Shown here: one piece after another, positions 63,919-64,000 of the stretch
How the letters are laid out: each line of letters opens with the position of its first letter
Position numbering within the stretch: the first letter of the stretch is position 1
From: Burkholderiales bacterium
GTDB taxonomy: Bacteria; Pseudomonadota; Gammaproteobacteria; Burkholderiales; Burkholderiaceae_C
DNA: 64,000 nucleotides
Direction of reading: 5' to 3'
Assembly (NCBI GenBank): GCA_031359975.1
Contig: JANMAS010000499.1
Coordinates: 3,149-67,148 of the forward strand
Made by a program: the position numbers and the translations under genes
Notes under the pieces: generated by a model
The model's database searches: none
Told to the model about the DNA's origin: nothing
What the model saw: the letters and a program-made list of their open reading frames with translations, nothing else

Positions 63919-64000
63919 ATGAGAGTTCTGAAAGCACTTCCGGTCGTGATGTTGCTGGCGGCCGGATGGTCGTGCGCGAACGCGGCCGCCGACTTCATCA
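63919..64000 (+). CDS. Secreted protein, 5' end only (continues beyond the window)
   Basis: An SD precedes the ATG. The signal-peptide-like N-terminus is MRVLKALPVVMLLAAGWSCANAAA. Confidence 0.5.
   Translation, partial: MRVLKALPVVMLLAAGWSCANAAADFI

Overview
High-G+C proteobacterial chromosome segment. Gene content and order suggest a betaproteobacterial, Burkholderiales-like phototroph, but that is inference, not a database result. There are three parts. (1) 1-7.3 kb is core metabolism: the 3' end of cysI, then DUF934, cysH, cobA, a 7Fe ferredoxin (fdxA), a TrxR-type ferredoxin-NADP reductase, a UPF0016/GDT1 transporter, a TPP riboswitch in front of a TonB-dependent receptor, and tRNA-Asn(GTT) with its terminator. 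(2) 7.3-41.7 kb is a mosaic accessory region. It holds divergent regulator/enzyme pairs, an ECF sigma / zinc-finger anti-sigma / EF-hand module next to a lipoprotein phospholipase D, and a patatin / small ORF / YeeE operon. It also holds an unusually large di-heme CCP/MauG-family protein with a candidate translationally coupled small secreted peptide and an AraC regulator. That cassette is bracketed by an inverted duplicate of a LysR gene 3' end and an integrase remnant. The region continues with hipBA, nsrR-nnrS with NsrR boxes, and assorted hydrolases and hypotheticals. (3) 42.0-63.7 kb is one arm of a photosynthesis gene cluster: tspO, bchP, a pucC-like gene, bchG, ppsR and ppaA on the minus strand, and bchFNBHLM, lhaA, puhABC, acsF, puhE and a DUF427 gene on the plus strand. 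Most of these genes are joined by ATGA/GTGA overlaps. bchH carries a single in-frame TAG at 55009-55011 in an otherwise intact reading frame. No rRNA, CRISPR array, intact transposase or intact integrase was recognised. Many long ORFs in the six-frame track are antisense or shadow ORFs typical of high-GC DNA and were not called.
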